In this document: piece after piece, positions 12,153 to 64,000 of the stretch
How the letters are laid out: the number at the start of each line of letters is the position of its first letter
Position numbering within the stretch: the first letter of the stretch is position 1
Source of the DNA: Lingula anatina
Lineage: Eukaryota; Animalia; Brachiopoda
Reading direction: 5' to 3'
Length of the DNA stretch: 64,000 nucleotides
Assembly (NCBI GenBank): GCA_051362555.1
Contig: CM120643.1
Location: 13,490,644-13,554,643 of the forward strand
Program-made: the position numbers and the translations under genes
Notes under the pieces: model-generated
Databases searched by the model: none
The model's input: the letters and a program-made list of their open reading frames with translations, nothing else
What the model was told of the DNA's origin: nothing

Positions 12153-13169
12153 TCACAAAAAGGAAGTCGAGGTTCTTGCAGTGCTTTGGTTCGTTGGTCC
12201 AGAAAACCGCCGTTTGAACGCAGCCCTGAATTCTGTGGAAACAAAATTATACAGAATTGGATTTAAACATGAATTGGTGACCGGAAGCACCTGAGACAAA
12301 AAATGAAGCCAGAACCAAGCCCCTTTCGGACACACAGGATTATATACCTGTGCTATGAATAAGATATAGAAGAGGTAAAAATCTCCCCAGCATACAACGA
12401 AGAGCACTAAGACGGCGAAAACGATGGCTGTTAGTCGTCGGGTATCCGAAGGGGACATTCCGGCGGGCGCTGAATCTTCTGAGCCAAGGGCAGCTGCGAT
12501 AGCGCGTTCCTGTTGGCGGATAACCACCATGATTCCAATAGAGAAAGAACCGATTACCAAAACGGGGAAGATGAAATCCAGGCCAAATACTAACACGTAG
12601 AAGAAATGTCCATCAGCATCTGTCATGTTCTGTGACAGACCACAAGATTTCCCTTTGCTTTCCTCGAAATAAAAGAAAAGTGGAAAATTTGCTATTATCA
12701 TTCCAACCCATACTAGAGCTGCAACCTTCGTCGTGAAGCTCTTGCTGACAAAGTTTTTGCAATGCAGGGGCCATTTAACAGCCACGAACCGTAGCGCGCA
12801 TATAAAAACTAAACAATATACACTAACCCCTTGAGTGGTGTACACGAAAAAGTATGCAATTTTACACACCGGCGGCGTTAAGGAGACTCGGTATTCTGTT
12901 GCGAAGCGTAACGCTTGTACTGGGAGACAAATGATCAAGTAAAGCAAATCGGCAACGGCAAGATTTAAGAATAAAACGTTCAGTCGTGTTGACTTGCAGA
13001 TCACCGAAATCACCAAGCTGTTGCCTATCACTCCTATGACGAATATTATCGAATAAATCAATGGCAAACCGATGACTACAATATGGGACTGAATAAATTT
13101 AACTTCCCCGCGACAAAAATATGTATCATTTTCTCCCATTCCATTTATGTCATCAGTTTTGTTTTCCAT
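12153..13169 (-). CDS. Intronless class A (rhodopsin-like) GPCR, neuropeptide-receptor-like (galanin/allatostatin-A receptor-like), atypical motifs
   Basis: Seven hydrophobic helices. GNSLVI (TM1), LAVADL (TM2), conserved TM3 Cys and ECL2 Cys, TM4 W, TM5 FP, NSCLNPILY plus helix 8 (EFRAAF). N-terminal sequons NKT and NDT. Start taken at MENKT; upstream in-frame ATGs exist. Confidence 0.9.
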   Translation of the reverse strand: MENKTDDINGMGENDTYFCRGEVKFIQSHIVVIGLPLIYSIIFVIGVIGNSLVISVICKSTRLNVLFLNLAVADLLYLIICLPVQALRFATEYRVSLTPPVCKIAYFFVYTTQGVSVYCLVFICALRFVAVKWPLHCKNFVSKSFTTKVAALVWVGMIIANFPLFFYFEESKGKSCGLSQNMTDADGHFFYVLVFGLDFIFPVLVIGSFSIGIMVVIRQQERAIAAALGSEDSAPAGMSPSDTRRLTAIVFAVLVLFVVCWGDFYLFYILFIAQVYNPVCPKGAWFWLHFLSQVLPVTNSCLNPILYNFVSTEFRAAFKRRFSGPTNQSTARTSTSFL

Positions 13170-14279
13170 TTCTATTAAGATTATTGTCATTAATGTCATA
13201 AAGTTAGTGTTTTCTTTTTCGTGCTGTTGAAGCAATTTTCTCTAACACCGCTCAACAATTAGAGTTAAATTGGAAAATTTGCTGGTTTCTTTTCCAGAAC
13301 AGTTTCCATCTCTGGTCGAAGCGCTGTCCAATGCTGCCAGCTGCATTATGATGAAAAACAATTAGTCAGGACTCTGGACCATCGTGTGCAGCCATTTTCT
13401 GACTTTTTCAATAATTTCATTTTACCTCGTTGTTCCTCTCATTTCTCTCTCACAAAGCATGATATTACTAACTGTGTAGAGTTTACTTAAAATTTCAACA
13501 ACTTGTCATTTGGTCTTCGCCGCAGTGTATTCTTTCTTTGCGTGGCGCTTTAAGATTTTCCGATATAAGTCTTCTGCCTGTTTTGCAAAAATTAAGAGGC
13601 AATAATTTCTTTAATACTGACACCAGCTTAACACAAACAGTGCGAGGGTCGTTAACCACAATCGGATAGAGTTACTCAGCTCTCGATTTGAGGCCTATCA
13701 TAACTTTATTGCCGTCCTGTTTGCTTAAGAGTCGAAACCCCAATATTATAGTATTTTGTAAAAGCAAACAGACCGCGGCGATTGTCTCCATTATTTGAGC
13801 CAGTAAGTAAAACTTCATACAAATTAATTTCACGGTATCTCCGCCGAATGTTTACGGTTGCCAGGTGAGCCTCCGCTCTGCCAAAGGTCCTCAGTTCCAC
13901 TCCCGCCAGATTAGAACGAACGCTCCACTGGCATCATCTACCCCCATCGCTTGCCACGTAGCAATTATGATGGACACATGGATAGAAAGCGTCTAAATAG
14001 AGCTTGGTATAATGTCATTGATGTCAAATAGCAGCCGCTATACGCATGCGCCAGACGAGACAATGTACTGACCTATGGCAAAAATCGTATTTGCCATGAG
14101 ACTTCATGGTGGTCCTTAGAAATATATTGACTGTAAACCTGTCTGCAGACATCACGGTTCGCATGGCAATATATTAGATCAATTTATAACTAAAGACCAT
14201 GTCTGGAGCCAGCAATTTAAAGAAAGGGGGGGGTCTTTTTTATTATTACTATTTATTCACAAGGACAAGTATTAATTTT

Positions 14280-14323
<44 letters not shown>

Positions 14324-14328
14324 AAAGA

Positions 14329-14370
<42 letters not shown>

Positions 14371-15246
14371 GAGAGAGAGAGAGGGGGGTTGTCGAAAAAG
14401 TCATATCTAACAAATATTTTGATCCGTTTAAGACATCGTCCTCATAATTTGAGAAATCGTTTTTTCGACTAGGCCACAAATATGGGCGCACGGTTCGATA
14501 ATTCGTTCCCACAAATGAATGACATTTGACAATTGAGATCTTTCTGAATTAAAGGTCAATACTGAGAATGTAATACAAAGAATGGTGAGGTTGGTAAAAA
14601 GTTTTAACTTTAAAATTAGCAGTGGGTTCAGAAGTAAAACGCGTGGTGAAAGTAAATCGGCAAAATGGAGCATGCGCAATTATCCCCATAAATTCTCCGC
14701 TGTCTTCGATCCCCTCGCTTTGACACCTTTGTCATAATTTAAACTGACTGCAACAATTGTTTCACATCTGAGGGACCTTTCGTACTTTTGTATTTTAAGC
14801 GATTTGTTAAGAAAGAAGACGCTTCCACGCTTAATTAGTGCCGCGCTAATAAATTGATTATCAGTATGCTCATGGGAACGCTTCTGAGCTATGGGATCGA
14901 GGGAGTATTTTCTAATATTCTATTTTTATTACTTAATCTTTGATTAATTTTTTATATCATTACAAATCAATTCCCGTGACTGATTATCCTTGCTTTAACC
15001 GAATGTACCATATTCATACACTGTAAAAACAGTGTTTAACTTTTAATAATTTACTCAGCTTTAAGTGTTACAAATTAACATTGTTCGCTGTCTAGGCTAC
15101 TTCTAACACTACTCTATTATGCTTGCATCAAAAATATAAATAAATAAAGGGTAAAATAAAGGATAAAATATCTATCAAAGCATCAGTAACTGCGAAATAA
15201 TTTGCTAAAATTTCATTAATGCGATGGGTGCTTATTCATTGTGCTG

Positions 15247-15888
15247 TTAACTGAATATATTGCAATATTGCCTGAGGTGATTTATGATGTTGAGGAGGAT
15301 AAATAGTTTCTGATCACTCCCTGCTAATTCATAATTGTGTCTCTCTGTATTTGGGAGGGAATTGAGCATGCTTTGTCGCTCTGTTTGGTACTTGCTGCAA
15401 GTGAGGAAGAAATGTTTCTCGTCCTCTATTTCTGTTTTACAATGTGTGCAGGTTCTTTCCTCCAGAGGGATTTTCATGTTGCTGCCTTTCTCTATCGCCA
15501 CCTCATGGTCACTTATTCTCATTTTGGCATTGTATTTTTTGTCTGAGCTTGTGGCACTAATTTTTGAGTGTTTTTCAAAATCGTATGAGTTTTTTAGTAT
15601 TTTTAAATAAGTGAGCAGGTTATTGTAGTTTTCCTTGCACAAATCTTCCCAAAAGAGACCTTCAGTTTTTAGGTTTATTTCTTTTTCTAGGTCAGATGTT
15701 TCATCCCAATGTTGAATTCCCCAATTCTGTCTAAATGTCGCCACCGCTTTAATCCAAATATCTATCTTCATGAGTTTCTCTTCGTTAAATGTTTGTTTCA
15801 ATATTCTTATATTTGGAAGATTTATGGGTCTGATGTAGTATTTTTGCACGGATTTAATTATACAACATTGGTCAAAAAGGTTGTCCAA
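15247..15888 (-). mobile_element. 3' fragment of non-LTR retrotransposon (LINE) ORF2, post-RT C-terminal Cys/His region
   Basis: MRISDHEVAIEKG...PLEERTCTHCKTEIEDEKHFFLTCSKYQTER matches the typical R.S.H.L.IE.GR...R.C..C...EDE.HF...C..Y...R LINE C-terminus. Confidence 0.8.
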
Positions 15889-16207
15889 CCTCCAGTATCA
15901 TGTGCTTTCATTTATAAATGATCACATTACTGGTGAAAATTGTTATAAATAGTTGTTTTCATTCCAGATACTATAACTAACATGATTAATGGTACAGAGA
16001 ATACTAACTAACAGTGAAGATATTAATATTTAATACCATTTATTCACATTTATTACATGTGCTCCCTCAAATCCAACATTTCACTGTGATTTTCACAGAG
16101 GTAAATGAATATCGATAAAATTGAATAGACACCACCAAATTTCACACACATTTAGCATTAGGGTGTGCTCGTTAAAGATCACGTGTCCAATACCGTTTGT
16201 GTCCACC

Positions 16208-16435
16208 GCGTAGGGGAGATCTGGGTAAGTTCCCCCCCCCCCCCCCCCCCCCCCCATCAATTTATGACAAAGTAACTATGGGGTAAAAGAATTGATCACA
16301 TCATTTTGTAAAGTGACCGTATCCAATAGTGCTAAAAAGGCGTCGGCAGTGAGTCCAAATGAAATAATTTTATTAAAGATACTTGATGGGGGCCAATTTA
16401 CCCCGGGTTCCAACTAGCCCCGGTCTCCCCTACTG
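16208..16435. mobile_element. MITE (pogo/Tigger-like TIR)
   Basis: GTAGGGGAGATCTGGGTAAGTT ... AACTAGCCCCGGTCTCCCCTAC inverted termini. Confidence 0.6.
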
Positions 16436-16439
16436 TAAT

Positions 16440-16777
16440 TATCTCCTGTAGGCGACGCGGCCTGCCTTCAACAAGGGTTACAATTCTGTTTTGTGGGATA
16501 TTGCCCCATGTTTCCTAAAGAGCTTGGGGGAGTTGGTCCAGATTATTAGGAGTTTGGTTCTCCTTTGCAGTGCACACTCCAATTCATGCCACAGATGCTT
16601 AGTAGGGTTAATAACAGGACTAAAAGATGATTGCTCCATCCTCTGAACATTGGGTTTCTGCAACAAATTACTCAGTAGACGAGAGCTATGTGCAAGTGCA
16701 TTTCCACGATGATGCCTGCAGTATTCCTGAAAACATCTCTTGCAGATAGAATGACATATTTGTTGAGAATGTTTCAT
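16440..16777 (-). mobile_element. Degenerate Tc1/mariner transposase C-terminal fragment
   Basis: SPVINPTKHLWHELECALQRR resembles the Tc1 SPDLNPIEHLW.ELK motif; GNALAHSSR resembles DNA..H.SR; frameshifted. Confidence 0.75.
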
Positions 16778-16944
16778 AGAATTGGCCCATTTTGGTAGGT
16801 CGCTATTTTCCTCGAGTAAGGAAATTCACCCCGAAACCGAAGTGCTTTTTGATGTGACAGCATAATCTTATTAATGAAAAATGTCAATTTCCGCACTGTC
16901 TGAGCGGATTAAAGGAAAACAAACTAAGAGAGTTTTTTTTAATT

Positions 16945-17284
16945 CAGGGGCAGATTGAGACCGTCTTCTGGGTTTTCCGGAAGACGGTCAGATTTTAAAG
17001 TTTACATTAACGGGTATCTATTTTTTCTGTTTTAAGACCATTAAAAATGGCGGATGGATCAACAAAGATAATTTGGAATACTGTCAGAAAATATCTCTGG
17101 ATCCGCTCCTGTCAGGGGCGGATTGAGACCGTCTTCTGGATCTTCCGGAAGACGGTCAAATTTTTAAGTTTACATTGACTTGACGGTATCTATTTTTTTC
17201 TGTTGGAATACCATCGAAAATGGCGGATGGATCAACAAAGATAATTTGGAATATTGTCAGAAAATATCTCTGGATCCGCTCCTG
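16945..17284. mobile_element. Head-to-tail pair of ~170-bp MITEs (CAGGGGCGGAT...ATCCGCTCCTG)
   Basis: Copies at 16945-17111 and 17113-17284 are nearly identical with short TIRs; an internally deleted third copy is at ~48053-48161. Confidence 0.8.
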
Positions 17285-18222
17285 ATTAATGTCAGGGAGG
17301 TGTGCGTCCTTTTTTAAGTTAAAGGTTCATGCCTATAGTAATAGGGTAATAATGATAAAATTAATCGATTTTAAGTCTAAAATTATTAACTCTAAAATTA
17401 GTATTAGCCACGACGCTGGATAGCATGGATGGCATTTGGGTGATTTTCTAAACCCATGGCGTGTACCTTTAAGGTTGAATTTTTTGTAGTTACTTTTAAA
17501 AAAATAACTCACTATTTGTTATCATTAATAAAAAAATCTATTTAATGCCATTTGAGTTTATAAAAAAAAAAAACAAGTTTGATTTCATAGATATTGGGTC
17601 TCTTGTTAATAAATGTTTTTAACACATGCAAAATAATGAATGTAACGTATACTCAGCTTACACAAAGTCTTAAGAAAACGTTATCCTAACGTTCTACACT
17701 GCCACTGTCATTATCATTGATCCTAGAAACTAGTGGCTGAATACATATTGGGTTGGAGTGAGTCGGCGACTATAGAGCAATGAGGATTTTAGAGCCCTCG
17801 GGCAGTCGGTACTTACCCGAAATTATAGACATGATGAAAAGCTTTTTAAAAAAACCTGTAAAAGTAGACTTCAATTATGTTATAAGGTTTATCAAAATTA
17901 TTAAAAAGGTGTTTTCTAGTTATCCTGATAGTTGACTGGCGTTTGTGATGATTTAATGGATTGTTTTAACTTCATTTTAGAAAATTCATTCTAATAAATT
18001 CCCTACAAGGTCAGCTAACACAGGAGTAGTGAAAAGGTTTAGCAGTGACTTGTCCGAAGCAAATAAGATTAAATAGCACTCCACGGTCACGTGATTGACA
18101 AATGGGGGATTCCATTCAATTGGAGGGGTTTAGTGGAGAAAATCCACTCAATCTGAGGGATGTCAGGTGGGGCGACTCCATTCCAAATAAAGGGGTGTTA
18201 TATGGGCTAATTCCATCCCATA

Positions 18223-18708
18223 GTAGGGATGACAGGTGGGGGAGTCCATTGCATGAGAGGGGTGACAGGTGGGACCAGTCCATTGCATGAGAGGGGTGAC
18301 AGGTGGGGCGAGTCCATTGCATTAGAGGGGTGACAGGTAGGGCGAGTCCATTGCATTAGAGGGGTGACAGGTAGGGCGAGTCCATTGCATTAGAGGGGTG
18401 ACAGGTGGGACTAGTCCATTGCATGAGAGGGGTGACAGGTGGGGCGAGTCCATTGCATTAGAGGGGTGATAGGTGGGACCAGTCCATTGCATGAGAGGGG
18501 TGACAGGTGTGGCGAGTCCATTGCATTAGAGGGGTGACAGGTAGGGCGAGTCCATTGCATTAGAGGGGTGACAGGTGGGACTAGTCCATTGCATGAGAGG
18601 GGTGACAGGTGGGGCGAGTCCATTGCATTAGAGGGGTGATAGGTGGGACCAGTCCATTGTATTAGAGGGGTGACAGGTGGGGCGAGTCCATTGCATTAGA
18701 GGGGTGAC
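18223..18708. repeat. 34-bp G-rich minisatellite (~14 units) with 170-bp higher-order duplication
   Basis: Unit GAGGGGTGACAGGTGGGGCGAGTCCATTGCATTA; the variant pattern at 18371 recurs at 18541; degenerate units upstream from ~18100. Confidence 0.95.
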
Positions 18709-19439
18709 AAGTGTAATTATCCCAATTCAGTTCAAAGAACAGTAACAGAAGAAATTATGTTATACCCTCAGAAATCAAAATTTTTTGGCCAATTTCAGAT
18801 GGATCCATTAAAAAAGAAACTAACTTGATTTAAGCTTACATCAGAATCATCCCACGTTCAAATTTTTATTATTACGTTCAAATATCAAATTAAGTTTTTA
18901 TACTAAGAATAGGTGGCCAATTTAAAACAATTTCGCAATAGCAAATCCAGAACCCGTCGAAATGAGACCCTCCCTATATAAGAAAAAATTATATCCAACG
19001 AATTAGTTCCATATGCTATAGAACAAAAATTGCATGTGATTTTTTTAAAACCAGGATTGTTAACTTATATGAATTTGAACTATAAAATGTAGGTTGTTGG
19101 AAACTATTTTAGATATTTTCTTTCAGTTCACTAAAACAGCTTGGAGGGGTTATTTAGAAAATACTGGTCATTTTACTACTATTTAAAATTTAGGTACCAC
19201 AGACCACCGTCAACCACAAAAACATTGACATTATTTACAGATCAGATTGAATTTGAAAGTCCTCAAACACTAAAAAACTCGTTTTCCATTATGATTACTA
19301 CTATCCTTATCATAATAACTTCATAACAAAGTGAAAAATAAATTACCAAATTACAAGTTTTTTTTTTTTTTTTTTTTTTTTTGAGTTTTCATATAACAGA
19401 TGTTCGAAGGAGCGTGGGTTCCTGTGTGTGAAACAAAGG

Positions 19440-21041
19440 CTAGACTTCATAGGTTGCTTTCAGGCGGATGGTGTGCAGAATCTCGTTGAGCTCCTGAAAA
19501 GATAAAATAAGGTTTAAAACTTTGAACTAAACAGACAGGCTCTTTTCATTCTAATAATGAATGTAATATCACAGAGCAGAGGGCACATATAAATGGAATG
19601 GCGTTTACGTTAATGAACTAGTTTGATGTTCAGGTTCAGCTAGCGCAAAACCCAAATTATGATCTGGAATTAGTTAAATGATATAACTATTCGAGACCTC
19701 TTGTTAAAAAAGTACTATTGACAGCACAGCCCGCTTCATTTGCAGGGTGGGTGATGTTATGCTACGACCGTTAATATATTCCTCTTTATATTAAAAGTTG
19801 TAACACGTGTTGTAGTACATGTTGATGCATTTCAGAGAAAGAGATCATTTATAAATTCTCTTCGAAAATTATAACAAATATATTGCATATATATAATAAG
19901 TTTTCATACAGTGAACCGTGTAATGGATGGACAACACACGGCACAATGGAGACGACAGGCTGTGTAAAATATGTATCTGTCAATCATTGTGCAATAAGCA
20001 GTCGAAATCCTTGGATCAGAAGCTCAGAACGGTGACAAGCATCATCCAATTAATTTATTTGGGTGGTAATACTTACATTTAAACACACGCAAACTTTTTG
20101 TACCAGATTTTCGACGGGTCTTTCATGTGGTCAGGCCCTTGATAAAACGTCAAGATTCATATGAATGAGTACAGGTAACAAGGACCGAATACAGTTGGGT
20201 GGGTTCTAGTATGACTACTGAAAAACACGCTTGGTCTCTTTATTTATTTTGTCGACTGACTTATTTACCAATTAGACTGTTAACAGGGACGGATCCAGGA
20301 TTATTTGAAGGGGGGGGGGGGTCCAGAACGACAGACCTCGGATGCGAAGCCGACCATCCCCCCCTTGGTGTGGGGTTTGGGGCCTGCTCAAGGGCCCCGA
20401 AAATTTTTTGGTTTTCTGGAGAGCAAACAGTGCCCTTTGGTACGGTTAAGAACTACATCTATAATTTAGCTAATCAAAATTCTAATTTCAAATGAGGATT
20501 ATTGGTGTTTTATTTCAGAAACCGAAGGGGGGTCAGGACCCCCCTGTCCACCCCCTCTAATTCCACCACTGCATGAAATTACTGGGTGAAACTAACATAA
20601 ATAGAACTTCTTATTTTGTATTTTACATAACTTATCAATATTTACATTCAATCATTTTATTCTATTGCAAAATCAAGTTTTTTTTTATTTGGATCATAGA
20701 ACCTTAATTCGGCCTTCGGGCTGTGTAGACAGTCAAAATCTGCTGTCGATTTTTAGAATTAAGGAGAGATTTTATCTATAAATAAAATTATTGAATGTAC
20801 GTTTTAATTATTAATGTTATTACTGTATGTATCTATTTTTATATATTATATCTATTTTAATCTTGAATCAGAACTCATTTGATGGTGTCAAGAATATGTG
20901 GTCAAATACCAGCTGTAAGTGGTGTGTGTGTGCGTGTGTGTGCGTGCGCGCGCGCGTGCGAGAGTGCGTATAAACTGAAAAGCTTTTTCTTACCTTAGCC
21001 AACAGACGGCACAGTGCGCAGGTTGACCCAGTCATTGCCAT
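19440..21041 (-). CDS. Candidate two-exon 33-aa microprotein MAMTGSTCALCRLLAK/ELNEILHTIRLKATYEV*
   Basis: Exon 21041-20994 (ccATAATGG start, AAG|GTAAGA donor) joined in phase 0 to exon 19493-19440 (ttattttatcttttcag|GAG acceptor, TAG stop). GC3-rich codons in AT-rich surroundings. Confidence 0.5.
20284..20571. mobile_element. MITE of the CAGGGGCGGATCCAG type
   Basis: CAGGGACGGATCCAGG...G-run ... GGACCCCCCTGTCCACCCCCTCTAATTCCACCACTG termini. Confidence 0.55.
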
Positions 21042-22074
21042 TATGGAGGTCAGTCAAGATTATCACATTGTCTTAAATATATCGATTGCTATCTTTACTG
21101 TAATAGCGGATTACTAACCTATAACCCTGAAGTTATTACCACTTTCAAGAAACAAAATTTTGGTTTCAGTAAAGATAATTCAGCAAAAGACTGAAGAAAT
21201 TAACTTTCTGTGAGAGGAAATGATTTTCTGAAACCATATCAAGGGAATAGCACATCTAATCACAAGAATAAGATAGCAAATCCCCATTTGATTGATTAAG
21301 ATAAAATTTGCAATACCAATACTAGCAGAGAGCGTTTAGCGTATTTCCAGTCGTATGTACACTGCTTATGGGAGTCTGAGCTTGCTGAATCAGTTTATTG
21401 TTAGCCTACTCAGAGTGTTCGATGCTGCTTTTGAAATACGGTAATTGCTCGATCTTTTTAATGCGAAAAATGTCAACTTTCAGATACCTAATTTTACAGT
21501 CACGAAAATTATATTTCTGTATAGCTATTGTGGTGCTTTCACTGCATTGAATAGAGCTACATGTATAGAACTATAGACTATCCTGCTTTTTAATTTTGTT
21601 GCTACCACTCAAAATAGGAAAGTTCTAATTTAAGGAAATAATAAATTAAATAAAAACTGCGTCTGTAAAATTTATAACCCCCCTTCTGTCCTAAAATATT
21701 GGTAGGAGAATGTTTGGGTGTTTAACTCTCTGACCTGATATGACTTATTTTTGTGCCTGAGATGACATGAAAGGGCTTTCTGTTGGTCTGATATGGCATG
21801 TCACCATATCTACACCTCTTCTCATCAAATGTACCCGAAAGATGGCGCATGCAGACGGCATCTGTCAGGAGGTTTCTTTTATTTGAGTGCATTTTATCTA
21901 CAAAATCCATGACTTTATCCATACCATTATTCGTTTGAAAAAAGAACAAGAAGTTTATCTCTGCAAAAAGCAATGAATAGATGTAATTCGGTCTTTGCGA
22001 TGTCTTTGTGTTGAAACGAAACCCTTAAAACTCTTGATAGTAGTGCCATCTATTGGAATGTTGATACAAACAAG

Positions 22075-64000
<41,926 letters not shown>

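Noticed and set aside
18223-18708. CRISPR-like periodic array
   Set aside because: Units are contiguous with no unique spacers; eukaryotic context; no cas genes
20011-20049. Minus-strand C/D-box-like motif with terminal stem (TTGGA-TGATG...CTGA-TCCAA)
   Set aside because: Only ~39 nt, imperfect C box and no identifiable rRNA target; too short for a snoRNA
21722-21973. 83-aa minus-strand ORF in the VIRMA promoter region
   Set aside because: No recognisable motif or convincing splice linkage; likely chance ORF or repeat remnant

Overview
Eukaryotic, AT-rich, intron-containing DNA from an invertebrate. It is probably a lophotrochozoan, most likely a mollusc, inferred from the 5.8S-like sequence and the repeat landscape. 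I assembled the gene models by hand from splice signals and phase continuity. (1) 161-7753 (+): the 3' part of a multi-exon single-pass receptor with >=4 SRCR domains, a CUB domain, a Ser/Thr stalk, a TM helix, a Tyr-motif tail and a C-terminal U-box E3 ligase domain. This is the most unusual object in the window. (2) A rearranged 5.8S rRNA pseudogene and a tRNA-His(GUG)-like copy. (3) An intronless class A GPCR (-) with several degenerate activation motifs. (4) LINE, Tc1, MITE and Helentron-type remnants and minisatellites. (5) A candidate spliced 33-aa microprotein gene (-) head-to-head with (6). (6) VIRMA/virilizer, the m6A writer complex scaffold (+), from 22075 past the window end, with 38 exons traced. 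VIRMA has a GC-AG intron, three local duplications of splice sites, and one 20.1-kb intron that hosts (7). (7) A nested antisense intronless type I membrane protein gene. No database searches were run; family assignments rest on remembered motifs.
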